Shown here piece after piece: positions 13,439 to 28,270 of a DNA stretch of 64,000 bases. The DNA is from Trichosphaerium sp. ATCC 40318 (taxonomy: Eukaryota; Protista; Tubulinea), in the NCBI GenBank assembly GCA_038496445.1, contig JALMLS010000473.1, positions 2,156-66,155 on the forward strand, given 5' to 3'. Positions within the stretch are counted from its first letter, which is position 1; every line of letters starts with the position of its first letter. The position numbers were made by a program, and so were the translations under genes. The notes beneath the pieces are model-generated. The model was not told the DNA's origin, made no database searches, and worked only from the letters and a program-made list of their open reading frames with translations.

Positions 13439-14679
13439 GTTGATTAGTTGTTTATTATGCTTAGAGTTTTAGTTTATGTTTATTTTCAAGCAAGCCAAAT
13501 TTAGTGGAATTTTTGTTGAAATGCCCGAAATCTCGAAGGCGGTTGATTTTCCGAGTAACTTGGTTGCACAGTGTAAATAATTTGTATGTGATAAATCTAA
13601 CAAACAATCAGCTAACATTGAGTACCGGCCTTTGTAAATTGTATGCACAACATTTTAATTGTATTTCAAACAAAAAAAAAACGTTCATTGAATATAAGGC
13701 GAAAAAAAAACAATATGTTGCCTTACTTATTTCTAATGCGTTTTGATGGTTGAGGTTTATGTTACTATTGCAACTATGGTAATCTTTGTTGGCACTGTTA
13801 ACAAATACAGGATTAATGGCTTTACAACGTCAAAAATCGTGTAAAAAGTAGTACTACGCACTACCAGTACTATTTTGGTGTTAAATCACGTGACCAAATA
13901 AATTTTTTTGTACCTCCAAAGTAATCCGTTAATCCATAATACTACGCTATAAGGTGATACCAGTAGATTTTGGTTGCCCTTTGGCTAAAAAGGGTAGTCT
14001 ATTGAACGTTGTCACAGAACCACAGAGCATTGGTACCGTTATAAGCTGCAAAATTCATCGTGAATTATGCGGCGAATAGCTAAAAGAGGATTTCTAGTAC
14101 TCCAATTAGTGTTAAACGACGTAAAACACTGTAGAACCACCAACTGTGAGTGCTACGCATGAAATAGAGAATAAAAAAAATAGTTGTGGTTCACTAACCT
14201 TGTTCGTAATTCTGTTTTACAGACTGCGTTGACGCTCCATATCAGACTGTCATCATTAATGTCACATCTCCTACTTGGATCTGTAAATTATCGTGCATCT
14301 CAGAATTACAACTTGACATCTACGACATCTACCTGCTTACATTGCCTTTAAACTATTGGAAAAGGACAGAAGTATTGACAAGCTGAAGACATAGAATTGC
14401 AAGATTAATTGGCTTGGCACTTCAAAAGAGTGATACTATGTATTAACCTAGTTGTTTAGCTTTGTATCACCTAGGCGTTTGCTGCTTTCTAAGTGTGAAT
14501 AGCTTCTCCTTGTGGACAGGTATCACTATATACAATTTGTAGTGAGCAAGTTAGTGTAGTGAGTTTAGCAAGGATCCGTCAAGTACAGATACAAACAGAT
14601 AGATAAGGTGTTTTGGAACATAGACAAGTAACATAAATGATAAGAAGGTTTATTAAAAATACAAAAGCTTGTAGCAGTT

Positions 14680-16187
<1,508 letters not shown>

Positions 16188-16302
16188 GTTGATTAGTTGT
16201 TTGTTATACTTAGAGTTTTAGTTTATGTTTTTCGAGTAGCCAATTTTTAATGGAATTTTTGAAATTTCTGAATTCATCTCGCCTGTGGTTGATTTCCTAA
16301 AA

Positions 16303-16439
16303 TGTCGAAAAAAAAGTCGAAAAAATGTCAAAGTGATATTGAACTGTTCGCCACAAAGGGAGACAACTGGGTTATGGCGCTCAGTTGCCGCTAGGCTCTG
16401 CCCCCAAACCCCCTTAATGCCTTGGTATACTAAATAAAT
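16303..16439 (+). repeat. Truncated copy of the TIR element at 48740-48963
   Basis: tgtcgaaaaaaaagtcg..gccacaaagggagacaactggg..ggctctgccccc..ctaaataaat shared with 48740-48885. Confidence 0.85.
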
Positions 16440-16655
16440 AACCCTGCATTCGCTGTCCCATACTCGAATTGTGTCTAAAGTCAAACACTGGGAAATGGTC
16501 ATCAATCAAAGTCCACGTGAAGTGATTGATTGGTGGTAGGTACGCATATTTATGGCATGGAAAATGTGTCGTCTGCCAAACTTGGTTCTCGTGAACACGG
16601 CTTAAAGTTGGTTTACGGTTTTGCCTTGTTTTAACCAGACAATCAATACCACCAC

Positions 16656-16934
16656 ATGTCACGCAAACCATCAGTACCTCAACCAACGCGTATGGCGCAC
16701 TATACATCCGGTAAATCAAGAGGAGCCATGCTTCCCCCTCGAGCAAAACCAACAACACCACCAACAAAACCAGCCAAACAACCTACAGATCACGGGTCTT
16801 CCGGCATATCAGTAAAACAGCGTGTTGTAAAGAAAAAAACGCGCATGAAGCATAGAACCTCTGGAAAATCAAAGCTAAACCTTAAATCCAAGACAGAATC
16901 ACCAAAAGCAGTGCCACCAGAGGAGAAAAAGTAG
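16656..16934 (+). CDS. Small basic protein with RMxHxTSGK motifs (92 aa)
   Basis: Intronless ORF; motifs and C-terminus conserved with paralog at 54143-54475. Confidence 0.75.
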   Translation: MSRKPSVPQPTRMAHYTSGKSRGAMLPPRAKPTTPPTKPAKQPTDHGSSGISVKQRVVKKKTRMKHRTSGKSKLNLKSKTESPKAVPPEEKK

Positions 16935-17483
16935 TTTAGCCTCATTTAGTTTAAAAACCTCTAAAACAATACGCAACAGGTGTGACTACGCTCATTAAGA
17001 AAAAGCAGACCATTTCAGCGTTTTCTTAAAATAGATAAATACTAATGGCGTTCAAACTTTTAAGGCATGTAACAATAACCAATAAAGGCCAAAAAAGTTG
17101 TTTGTCAATTTTCCTTTTCGTGTTAGCTCCAAGTTTATCCTTTAATTCTGGAAGTCCAAAAAAAAAAAAGTACAATTACGGAACCTTTTCACAGTATCCA
17201 CACAATTCATGTTCTCACTGTTATAACAAGAACACCAATACGTTTCCACAAACTAGAGTCGTATTTTACAGTTACAGCATAGCTGACAGATGCCACTTTT
17301 ATTCAAAACTTAACGAAGGGAAAGTCAAAAAAATTTGTTGTTTTTTAAAATCGACTTGGTACACAGCCCCATCTACCTCTAAGTTTTTTTGTCCGGTGCA
17401 CTTTTCTTTTACTGTTGTCCACCCACGCATTTATATAGTTGAAGTTGCTATTGTTTTGTTTTTGATTATACATTTTTTTGGAA

Positions 17484-19764
17484 TTAACTCTCAATAATTT
17501 TACGCTCATTAGACTCTTGTACAATACGCCATGTTTCAGGGGATATGTTCTTAGGTCCTGGGATTTTACACTCAGCAGCAAGATCATATGCCAACTCTTC
17601 AAAATGTGCAGTACGGTTTACAGTTGTACGATGCATGAATCGTCTAAAAATAGTATAAGAAAGTCACGTGATGAGAAAAAAAATCTGGTTGAAATTTTTG
17701 TATTTTTTTTTCCAAGTTTCGAATAGAAAACTTTAAGTGTTCAATGTTCTTACCTGTATGACTTTCTTAAGTTGTGTGGCTCGTAGCACATTGCATAAAG
17801 CATGAATCCAGACATTGTAATAAAAGATAATTGCATAGGTATAGTACCATCAATATTAGGCAAGTAGCCACTAAACGATTGTAAGTACAAAATAAAGAAG
17901 ATGAGCGAAAAACTCTCGCTCATTATAAAATTGTATTGTACCTTGCACGTGCTATTCTAGCAAGAGAAAACAATGCCTTTGATACAACATACATACGCAT
18001 TTCGTTACTCCTGAATATAGCAATAGAAAGAGCGCCGATAAAGCAAGAAATGAAAGAATTAATAAAGTCATCTTTGCCTCTAAGAAATAAAACGAACAAT
18101 AAGCAAGTGCGCATGTAAACATCAATACTAGCGAGGATTTTTTTGACTACTGTAATAACGTACCTCAGACTTCTTAAAAATATAATACCAGCACGTGATG
18201 CTGAGCAAAATAATCCCAAAAAAACGCCGAACTTTACTGCATAATGTTGTGTATCAATCATTCTTTGCTTTAGCTTTCTATTGACTCACATGATTAGCTC
18301 AATATTGCAACCACTTGAAGAACGTACTTGATATTAGATACAGATACTAAAAATTTATATAATTCGTATATAGCATAGCCAAGAACGAAGCACTTTATGA
18401 ATCCAAGAAAAACTTCTGTCAATCCCCATTTTCCATTTTTTGAAAACGAAATGAAAAGAGCTGAAGCAATCCTCTTTTCTATAGAATCAGGAGATCCTCC
18501 TTACCAAGAAATAGGCTCATTAATGTATGAGACATATGGTCTATATTTGTTGGACTGTGACGGAACCCAGAGCCTAATGTGGCCATAGCTGCAGCGAAAA
18601 GAAGAGTCAATCCATATTTGAAAGGTTTTGCCCATCCTAGTTATAACAGATTAGAAAAATGAATAGATACTCAAAAACATGTTAAAAGAATTACTAGACA
18701 TACACATATTGATACGGGTGTAATTAAATTGTAAAAAAATTATGAGAAAAAATGTTTTCTTGCTTTGTGTTTGGGTAACAAAGAGGCAACCGCATGGCGC
18801 TAAATTTGCTGACACCGCTACTTTTCAGTTGCGCATACGCACTTTGCCAACGTACAAACAAAAATATTGATAAAAAACTGTTATCAGAGAGCTTCAGCAC
18901 GATGACTATTTTTGGTGGTTTTGGTTTTTTTGGTAAAAAAAGTCGGCATGTTTTATCGACATGTGACGCACCTCTTACAACCAAAGCCTTAAAAGATGTC
19001 TCTAATCCTTGATTTGTAACGTATATAGATAGTTCTTCCCACCTGTTCTTCTTTTCAGTGTATAAGGCTAAACCAGATGTAACGAAGCCGCTAGCCAAAT
19101 AAGCAAGCTGATAGTTCTTTCCTATAGCGTATTTTAGCGTCAATACTCGTTTTAGAGACGTTGAGTGTACAAAAACAAGAAAATCGTGAAAACTGTTCTT
19201 TGTTCACACAATGAGTAATTTTGTGATAAAAACCATACAAGTAGCGCACATATACCTTGTGAAGGTACTTGGGTACTTTGCAATTGGTAAAAAGAAACGT
19301 ACCAAGCGTATTTCTACAAATGCATGTCACTGCGCCATATCCCCAAGAAACCATTGCTACAACCAAATATGAGAATCGTTCGGACAATCAACAGCGTGAA
19401 AAAAGCGAAAAGCTTTCGCCTTTCGCAATACACTTCATATACGTAAGTGACGCTATTTCTCTCCGAACTACGCCATAAGAAAATGTGTTTTCGCGTTTAT
19501 AAAAAACTTGAGTAGCGTACTGAGAAAAAACGCGCTACGCATCGTAGTAAACGCTACGCTCTTAATTTGACTGAATGTGGAGAGCTTGCCGCGAATCACA
19601 GCTGGTATGACAAATGCCGGTATATAAATCTGTAAACACGCTAGATAGAACTTTGGAAAGGTAGAGGCGTAGAATGGAACACAGTGTTTACATTCAGGAT
19701 GCATTAGCTCCCAACATTCTTTATCCGCCCATTTTCGCTCATCTTTTGGCTTTGAGAGGCTCAT
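17484..19764 (-). CDS. TMEM135-like multi-pass membrane protein (multi-exon)
   Basis: CWELMHPECKHC, TMRSAFFLS, GLALYTEKKNRWEELSIYV, FGVFLGLF, LRGKDDFINSFISCFIGALS, CYEPHNLRKSY. Confidence 0.8.
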
Positions 19765-20393
19765 ACGAAGCGTTGCGTTAAATCTACAGACTTGCCAAAT
19801 TAAACAAAAAAAAGTCAACAATAAATCCACAAAAAGTGGGCTTTGTTTGCTATTTTACAATTCAAGTACTTCATATACGCTTAAAAAACTTGTTGTAAAC
19901 CCGTGACACGCTATTGGTAGGTCACATTTAGTTGTGTGTCACATTTTCATCAAACTGTGCCAGTTTTTTGTTGCAAACGAAAATATCGGTTTTCTTTTTA
20001 TTATTTATGCGTTGTAATCAAAGACTTCAAAATTGACGTGATGTTTACTCTTTATAGCGCGTTTTTACGAAAATTAAAGCGAATTCGTTTCATACGCTTT
20101 GAAAGAACTCTAAATTCGTTTGCACGTGCTCTTTTCGTTTAATAAACTATCGAAACAAACCCATTATCCACAGTCGCGCAATCGTTGTACGTTTTTTCCA
20201 CGAGAGAAATTGCTGATAAGATTTGAGCATTAACCTCTCAAAATAGGTCGTGAACATCTCCACAACAATCGCAGAGAGCGTGTAACACAATTCAAGTACT
20301 TTTTTATAGCTTCCTTAGAAATTTATGGAGACTTATGTAAAACAGGAGTAACTTCCTAAAAACCTTTACAAAGTTTCTTACAAAACAACAAGC

Positions 20394-21669
20394 ATGTCAA
20401 GGAAAAAGATTCTGTTGAAGATTATTGTACTAGGCGAGTCTGGTGTCGGAAAGACTTCTCTCCTTGTTCGTTACGTAAACAACAAGTTTACCGTTGCCAC
20501 TAAGTCCACCATTGGTAAATAATCGGAAAAATAACAAACTTTGTCGTTGATCCTTTTGTAGGCGCTGATTTCCTCTCAAAACAAATCAACGTTGACGACA
20601 AACCATGTACTCTTCAAATTTGGTACGTAAAAGCTGAACGTCAAAGAATCTGTTGCAGATCCACGCCAATTGCCGTTTTTTTCGATTTGGGAACTAAAAT
20701 CGTACTTCTACTACTTGAACTCGCATTTATGTGCAAATTGTAACAAAGAGTTCAACTTTTCTCCTCTGCCGAAAATCTATTCTCTGTTTACCGTTTTATA
20801 CGCTTGTACTATGACGTTGTTACTTATTTATACTCTTTTTTAGGGACACAGCTGGACAAGAACGCTTTCAAGTACATAAAAAGTTTTTTTACCAGTAAAC
20901 GACGTACTAACGCCATATCAGGGTCTTGGAACAAGTTTCTACCGTGGTTCTGATGGAGCAATCTTCGTTTACGATGTCACACGTAAAAACACCTTTGACG
21001 AGCTAGATAACTGGCAAAAGTCATTTTTGATACAAATTGGCCAAGAAGGTAAGCTACACGTTACATTTTTTGAATTTCGACTATTTTTTAGTCCTACGCG
21101 TGTGAACAACGTCTAAACACTTTCGTATAGGAAACTCTGATTTCCCAATGCTCGTTTTGGCTAACAAAATCGATAGAGAAGACGCACGCGAGGTACAATT
21201 AATTAACTCTTTTTTTTTTTTTTTTTGAAAGAAAATACATCTCTATGCCAGTTGTTCTCATTTTTGACGTATTTCGAGTACTTTCCGCGGTAAAACAAAT
21301 GTTTAAAGAACTTTACAATTTTTTTTTTGATTTTTTTGAAAAAAACTGTTACGCGGTCACAAAAGCACTCGTTTATGCCTAGAATATGAAAAGAATAATA
21401 TATATTGTCTTATCATTGTATTGATGTTGTTTTTAAACGAGTTGTAGGTGAGCGAATCAACTGGTAGAAATTTCTGCGAGTCTAAAAACATCACATATCT
21501 CGAGACATCAGCTAAAGAAGCTATTAACGTCGATAAAGCGTTTTCTATGATTGCACGTAAAGTCATTGCTCAACTCAAACCAGAAGAGATTCAATACCAA
21601 GTCGTAGACCTTGGCGGTGATGGAGACGACGGTAAAGGTGGTTGCTGTGGAGGCGGAAACAAAAAATAA
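20394..21669 (+). CDS. rab7: Rab7-like small GTPase (multi-exon)
   Basis: [70 protein letters not shown] near C-terminus. Confidence 0.9.
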
Positions 21670-22282
21670 GAGAGTTTGACCCAACTTTGACCACACCCAC
21701 TTAAATTACCCCAACTTTTTTCCCACATAAAAGTACTGGAACTAAGGATGTTGAGGGGTGACGTAAGTCACTCTTTTTGTTCTTACTACTGCTACTTTCA
21801 AAAAAAACCAAAAAAACCAAAAAAAATGCTTCACAAACCTTTGCACGTGTTTGTTTACAAACAAAAAACGAAATACGTGTTTTGTAGATACGGATTAAAT
21901 TAAAATAAATAATTTAACATACTGTGACAAAAGGTCCTTTGCTTTTATTAAAATTCGAACAGATCGGTTGAACTGAGGGTTAAAATTGTCACCTACTGAG
22001 CAATGCTTGAGTGTTGTTGGGGCAGAAACTATTGTGCTTGGTATCATTGAACAAGCTGGTTGCACGCCTTGCACTGGAACATGTTTGGTTGAGCATAAAG
22101 GCACTTTTTTTGCTTTTTTTAACATGCCTTTGTTTCCTTTTTTTCGAGCTGTCAATAGATCTCAATTGGCAAGTCGTTGGATCCTATTCTGTTATTTAAA
22201 CCGTGGTATCATGTGTTCCGCAAAATACAAGAACAGTTGTACCCTTACCAAGTCAAACTTATACAAAAAATCAAAAAGAAAA

Positions 22283-23743
22283 ATGGAATGTGCAGCTGAT
22301 GATTCTGTTGAAACGTGTAAAGCACGTATTGGAGTTAATGGGTCAGAAAAAGAGGTCAGGGGGATACCTGGCGACTTCGTTGCTCTTAGTACAGTATTAA
22401 GCGCTCAATTGGAACAAATGAAAGCGTCACATGTCAAGGACGAATGGTTGGTTATATACAAGAATTTTCACGCAGGATTTGAGTGGTTGTTACGTCATTA
22501 CAGAGAAACAGCAGTAGAAATGTATGATAAGTATACAGAGAACGAAGAGGGCGCAAGAGAAGCCTATTTACCGATAGTACGTCCTTGTGATTTAAGGATT
22601 TTTTCTTCAAAGTTTGTTTTGACACGTGACTTGTTACTTATGAGCACGCGAAGCGGTAAAACGTTATTATGAGTTTCAAGTGCTAACAACTATACAAACA
22701 GATGCAGGAGGCACTAGAATGTTGCGATTACTTGGATATGCCTGTGAGTCTTATGGAGCCAATATCAAGAATACTTCAAGCGGAGAAAGGAGACAACAAT
22801 AATAGACTCATTTTAGAGCATGGATTCGCTCTAGATTTTCAATCTCCCGTCATTAATAATGCATATAACGGTAGTACGTATAAACGGTGTTTTACTTATC
22901 AATAAGGGTGATTTATTCATGTGTTGTTTAGAGTACATTGGATCGACTTCGAATCATATTTTTATTGGGAACAAAAAAGACTTTAGTTTGAATGAAGACG
23001 GGTTTAAATTACTAAGAGCTATAAATGATACAGCATGTTTTATGGTCTCTAAAGAGTACCTACGAATGTATTTAAAACGTTTTACTGGAAATAAGAAAAA
23101 TGCTATGCGTTTGCGTGTATCTAGCGCTGCTTTGATGTCAGAGTATTGGAAGAAGTTATCATTTGTTGAATTGACAACAATCTCTGAAGCAAAGTCAACA
23201 GATGAACTCCGATCTGTTGTAACAAAGATACTTACAGAAACAGATTTATCATTATTCAAGTATCTGGCTGTATTACTTAAAGTTGTCGCTTCTGTACAGA
23301 AGGATACAGCTTCGAAAATCAAGGAAACGTTCATTGAAACTAAACTAAAACAAAGACTTTCTCCTTCTGTTTGGCACTTCGAATATGCTCCTGCACTGAA
23401 GGGTATACCAACATCTAGGCTTTGGAGTACTATAAGCCGCCCTGAATTATCTCATAAAGTTCCTAAAATACCGTTTTTCTGGGAGGCTATCAAGTAACGT
23501 GATTTTTTTTTTTGCTCTTTTTTTTTCTTTGTTAATGACTTTTGTTGAAGGCTTGGTGCTATCCTCAATGAATGTTCTGTAACTGTTGTCCGTCAGTTTT
23601 GTGAACAAATGAAGAACGGTGTTATAGCAGCACCAGAAGAAGAAGTACAAGTTGATGACTCAAAGGAAGAGTATCCAATTGTTGTATCAGGATGGCGTGT
23701 TCAATGGCTACAAAAACATCATTCGTACCAGTTTGAATGGTAA
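22283..23743 (+). CDS. Putative BTB/Skp1-like domain protein (multi-exon)
   Basis: FVALSTVLSAQL..GFEWLLRHY..ALECCDYLDM pattern; one splice phase near 22905 unresolved. Confidence 0.45.
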
Positions 23744-23982
23744 ATCTGTAACGTGTTATTGTTGGAATATAAAATAAATATGTTGGTGTATCCTTACAGA
23801 GTACTTTGTGTTATGTTAGGCAAAATGTCACGTGCTTTTGAAAAGTAGGTTTCCGTTCTGAAATAACGTTATTTCAAAGCAACTCCAATAGCCAAAAAAA
23901 GTTGACAATACAGCAGTGAAAAAGGTAGTTGTGGCTCAGAATATTTTTCCTAATGAGGAACGGCATACATTCCCTACTTTTA

Positions 23983-25347
23983 AGAAGACACGTCCATACT
24001 CGTGTAACGCACAAAGCCCTGTCTTTCTATTCTCTGATTGGAAATTACATTTTGGTATCATTAATATGTGTTCTCTGAATGATTCCTTTTTTCGCACATG
24101 GACAAAGTTTACAAACAAGTCTATTTTTTTTTGTGTTAAAGGCAACGCAAACCGAAATGGAAGGTATAATACGCGTACAGGACGTATGTGGGGAAGTGTG
24201 CCAGTGGCTAGAGCCAAACGACTTTCTTTACTTATCAACTTGTTCCAAAACTATTCATGGTGTATTATCGCGTGATCAGGCGTTGTGTAAACGCGTTTAT
24301 GAGTCGCACTTCAACGATATCGATTCAAAGGTTCAAATTGGCGATTCACCTGATACTGAGAATGGAATACAGCGCTATAGAATGGCTAGATGGTTTAGAG
24401 AAGTATTTTCTTGCCCAGATTGGTTTGAACGACTCAATAAACGTTGTAGTTACTTAAAAGAGGTAAATAGTGCACGTATATCAACGCTGATAAAAATAGG
24501 TCCAAAATGTCGTAAAACGAGGTGCGAAAGGTTTTCTAGATGCTGACGCAAACATCTTAACGTTAAAAAACGCTAAAGGTAAGTTCTCTCAACCATAAAA
24601 CACGGAGTTTAACAAAACTTTCAGGGTTCAACACAAAGTTTGATGGGACTGTTTTACACTGGCTATTCGTCTATTTGGACCCTTTCAAACTACCTTCCAC
24701 TAAGACTGCAACCGTCACTGTACCGTGGGACGTCTTGAGTGAAGAGCATGATAAACTAGAGGATAGTTTACGCTATGCGTTTTTAAGTCTAACAAAGCCA
24801 TCCACACCTTGTGTTAGTTTGAACCAAGAACACCGATACGACCTTTTCTTCCCACATGTAGCTGAAACGGGTAACGTTGAAACTGGTATACACGGAGGCT
24901 CAAAGCTAGGTTCAAACGGTGCACGACAGTTTGTTTCTGAAGATGAATTCGCAATAACAAGCACTGCTGATATGACAATGGGTTGTTCTTTCGTTACTTA
25001 TAAAGAACCTGTTACTATAGTGTTCTGGGGAAGATTGGTTCCATACTTCTTTGGTGAAGAAGCCAAATTCAAACTTGATTGTTTGTCGAATGTAGTGTTC
25101 AAAGATAGCATTGCAAGCGCTGTACCTCTTAAACCTAAAGGTTCTAAACAGGTCAGTGCTAAATGTGGTACTCTTCGAAAAATCACAGATGATAATTGGA
25201 CCATAATCAAAGCCAAAAAATAATAAACAGCTGAATGTGTTACTCTACAATATAATATTGTTTCAAAATCAAATCATATGTGCAATTAACGTGTAGCCAG
25301 AAGACTTGTGTAACAGCTTTGTTACATTATTTATCTTTGGTGCTTGT
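23983..25347 (+). repeat. Copy B of the inverted segmental duplication
   Basis: Matches reverse complement of 4978-6305. Confidence 0.95.
24157..25223 (+). CDS. F-box-like protein with uncharacterised C-terminal domain (3 exons)
   Basis: DVCGEVCQWLEPNDFLYLSTCSKTIH; short introns near 24463-24499 and 24579-24624. Confidence 0.7.
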
Positions 25348-25693
25348 GAGTGTTAATTTTTAGTTGACTTTGTAATTCCAAAAAATGGGCCTAAAAGTGT
25401 TAAGTAAGCACTATTGTCACGTCAGTGACTGAACTAACAGTTAAAAAAAGTATGTAATCACTAAAACATTTAGTCCAATGTTGTGGTACCAGTCGGAAAG
25501 GTAAATACTCACTATCAACAACATATCTAGCAGAGTCTATGTCTAGTTGTAATAGTGTTTAAGCACACCAATACTACACCATTCTCCACAGTTCCTTCCT
25601 TGATAAATGTGCAATGTGTTCAAGTTACCAAAGTAACAAAAGGATAACTGTAATATATGAAGGTTTTATTAGCAATACAAAAGCTGTGACTAT

Positions 25694-27138
25694 TTAGCAG
25701 CAACATTTTTTATGTACAATAGCTGGACCATACTCATCATACTCTTCTTTGGAGATACATGCTGATCCAAAATTGGCAAGGGAGGCAAGGACAGATCCTC
25801 CAACCCATGCAGAGATTTGTCTGTCAGGTGGAGCAATGATCTTGATCTTCATGTTAGAAGGAGCTAGAGCTATCAACTCTTTTTGTATACGGTCAGCAAC
25901 ACCTGGGAACATAGTAGAACCGCCAGCAAGAACAACATTACAAAACATGCCTCTACGGATAGCCATATCACACTTCCTGATGGAGTCGTATATTGCCTCG
26001 TGTATGCCTGCAGATTGCATACCACAGAGCTTAGGTTGGAAGAGCGCTTCTGGACATCTGAAACGCTCATTGCCAATAGTGATCACTTGACCGTTTGGTA
26101 ACGTGTAGGACTTCTCTAGTGAAGAAGATGAAGCGGCTGTACCCATCTCTTGTTTAAAATCAAGAGCAACGTAGCAGAGTTTGTCTTTGATATCTTGTAC
26201 GATTTCACGTTCAGCTGTTGCGGTGAAAGAGTAACCACGTTCAGTGAGGGTATGAATCAAGTAATCAGTTAGATCACGACCAGCCAAATCCAATCGTATG
26301 ATAGCGTGAGTTAGTGAGTAACCTTCATACATTGGTACTACGTGGGTAACACCATCACCAGAATCGAGGACAATACCTGAAAAAAAAAAACAAAGTAAGT
26401 ACATAAAATCTGGTTCTTGTTTTCTTTCAGTGAACTTCTTACCATCAGTCCGCCCAGAAGCATATGAAGAAAGCACAGACTGTATAGCAACAAAAAATGC
26501 AGGAGTATTGAATGTCTCAAACATGATTTGTGTCATCTTCTCTCTTGAAGATGAAAGTAAGCAAAAACAACTCAAATTCTAAAAGGTCAGCCACAAATGT
26601 TTCATCTTTTCAAAACAAACAAGTCAATTGCGTACCTGTTAGCTTTTGGGTTTAATGGAGCTTCAGTGAGAATGACTGGATGCTCTTCTGGGGCAACGCA
26701 AAGCTCATTATAGAAACTGTGATGCCATATTTTCTCCATATCATCCCAGTTGGTGATAATACCACGTTCAATTGGGTATTTCAATGTAAGGATACTACGT
26801 TTCCTTTGGGCCTCATCACCAACATATAAGCTTTGTCCTACACCAGCCTTAACTCCAGTGCGTATTGGGCTACCGACAATAGATGGAAAGACAGCAAAAG
26901 GTGCATCAAAACCAGCAAAACCGACTTTACACGAACTAGATCCATTGTTTACTACGAGTACTTGTGCTAAGCGTAGAAAGTCAGAGAAAGTAAACCATTT
27001 ACGCGTTATTATAGCTTATTGGCATGTAGCTAATTAGATAGCCGATAACAGCGCTTATGTAGATAATATCGAAAAAACCTTGCTGTATTTGGTTGTAGGA
27101 GTCGTTAAACTATGTTAAAAGAGTTGTACCGTACACAT
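25694..27138 (-). CDS. act: Actin paralog 3 (highly divergent, 4 exons)
   Basis: [33 protein letters not shown]../[15 protein letters not shown]; same intron positions as other actins. Confidence 0.9.
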
Positions 27139-28270
27139 TGATTACTTGTATGTTATAATTAGAGCTGCATTAATAGTTGTGAATAGTTTGGACCATTAGT
27201 CCTAATGAATGATGCTATTCAATGAATGTATGACGAAAAACATAGGGAGTTGTGTTTGATAAGATTCATAAAGGGCTTTGAGCGTTAGTAGTTGTTGAAG
27301 CACTACTTGTGTTTCCAGAAGGTGTACATCACGGCAAAGTCATAGATATCTTACTAACCTTTTTTAGCCAAAATTCACTCAACCAAGTGGCACTGAATTA
27401 ACCACTTTTATTGTTCCAAAAACACCTATACCACTTCAAAACACTGGAACTGATTGGGTGTCAGTTTTAACAAGGATAGGCATTACAATTGTGGGGAGCA
27501 CAAGAACTTGCATCATTGATGAATGAACTTGAGATTCAAGTCAATGAAATTGATCAAGAAGTGTTAAAGGAACTTGGATTAAACTTGATGGAACGTATCA
27601 AGGTTACAAAATCAAAGAACAAGGGCCTTCTTTAGTGGTGATAGTGAATTAGTTTACAACAATGGAATAGAGAATAAATAAACAACGCCGGAAGTCATAA
27701 ACATAACATTTTCTGAGATGACGCATTACCTTCCTTGCAAGTTTTTTTCACACATGTTATTTCAGAGGCAACTTCGAACGTTTCTACCAGCACGAATTAC
27801 ATGTGTCAAAACTAGTTTGTGTACAAGGGCATAACAACAGGCAATAGAACAGCGTGACTTCTCGTGTTAGAAGATGTTTTGCCAGTTTCTATTTCTATCA
27901 AACACTTGCAACTTCTTTCAGACTTTATAAGACTTGACAGTCCTGAGAACTAGCACAATGTGAACCTGTTTACACGTCACTAGTGTTTAGGGTGCATGCA
28001 TCATCAGCAATGTGTACCTATCACAGGCACCTTGTGTACCTTAAGTGCAAGTAATATTTCAATCGCAAGGCAACGAAAAACAATAACTCACGCAAAATGA
28101 CGAAAACAAAGTATTTGGCGGTTTTACAAAATCACGTGCGTCTAATAAATAATATTGAACTTATCTCGATGCGCTTTGGTGGATTGCTTACTTTCATTTG
28201 TACGAGCGTTAATTGTTGTCTGGAGATGCTGTTTGACTTTCTAACATTTCAATTCTGAGAGACAAACAAC

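Noticed and set aside
27220-27640. SAM-like fragment (EIDQEVLKELGLNLMERIK)
   Set aside because: Too short and no coherent gene model
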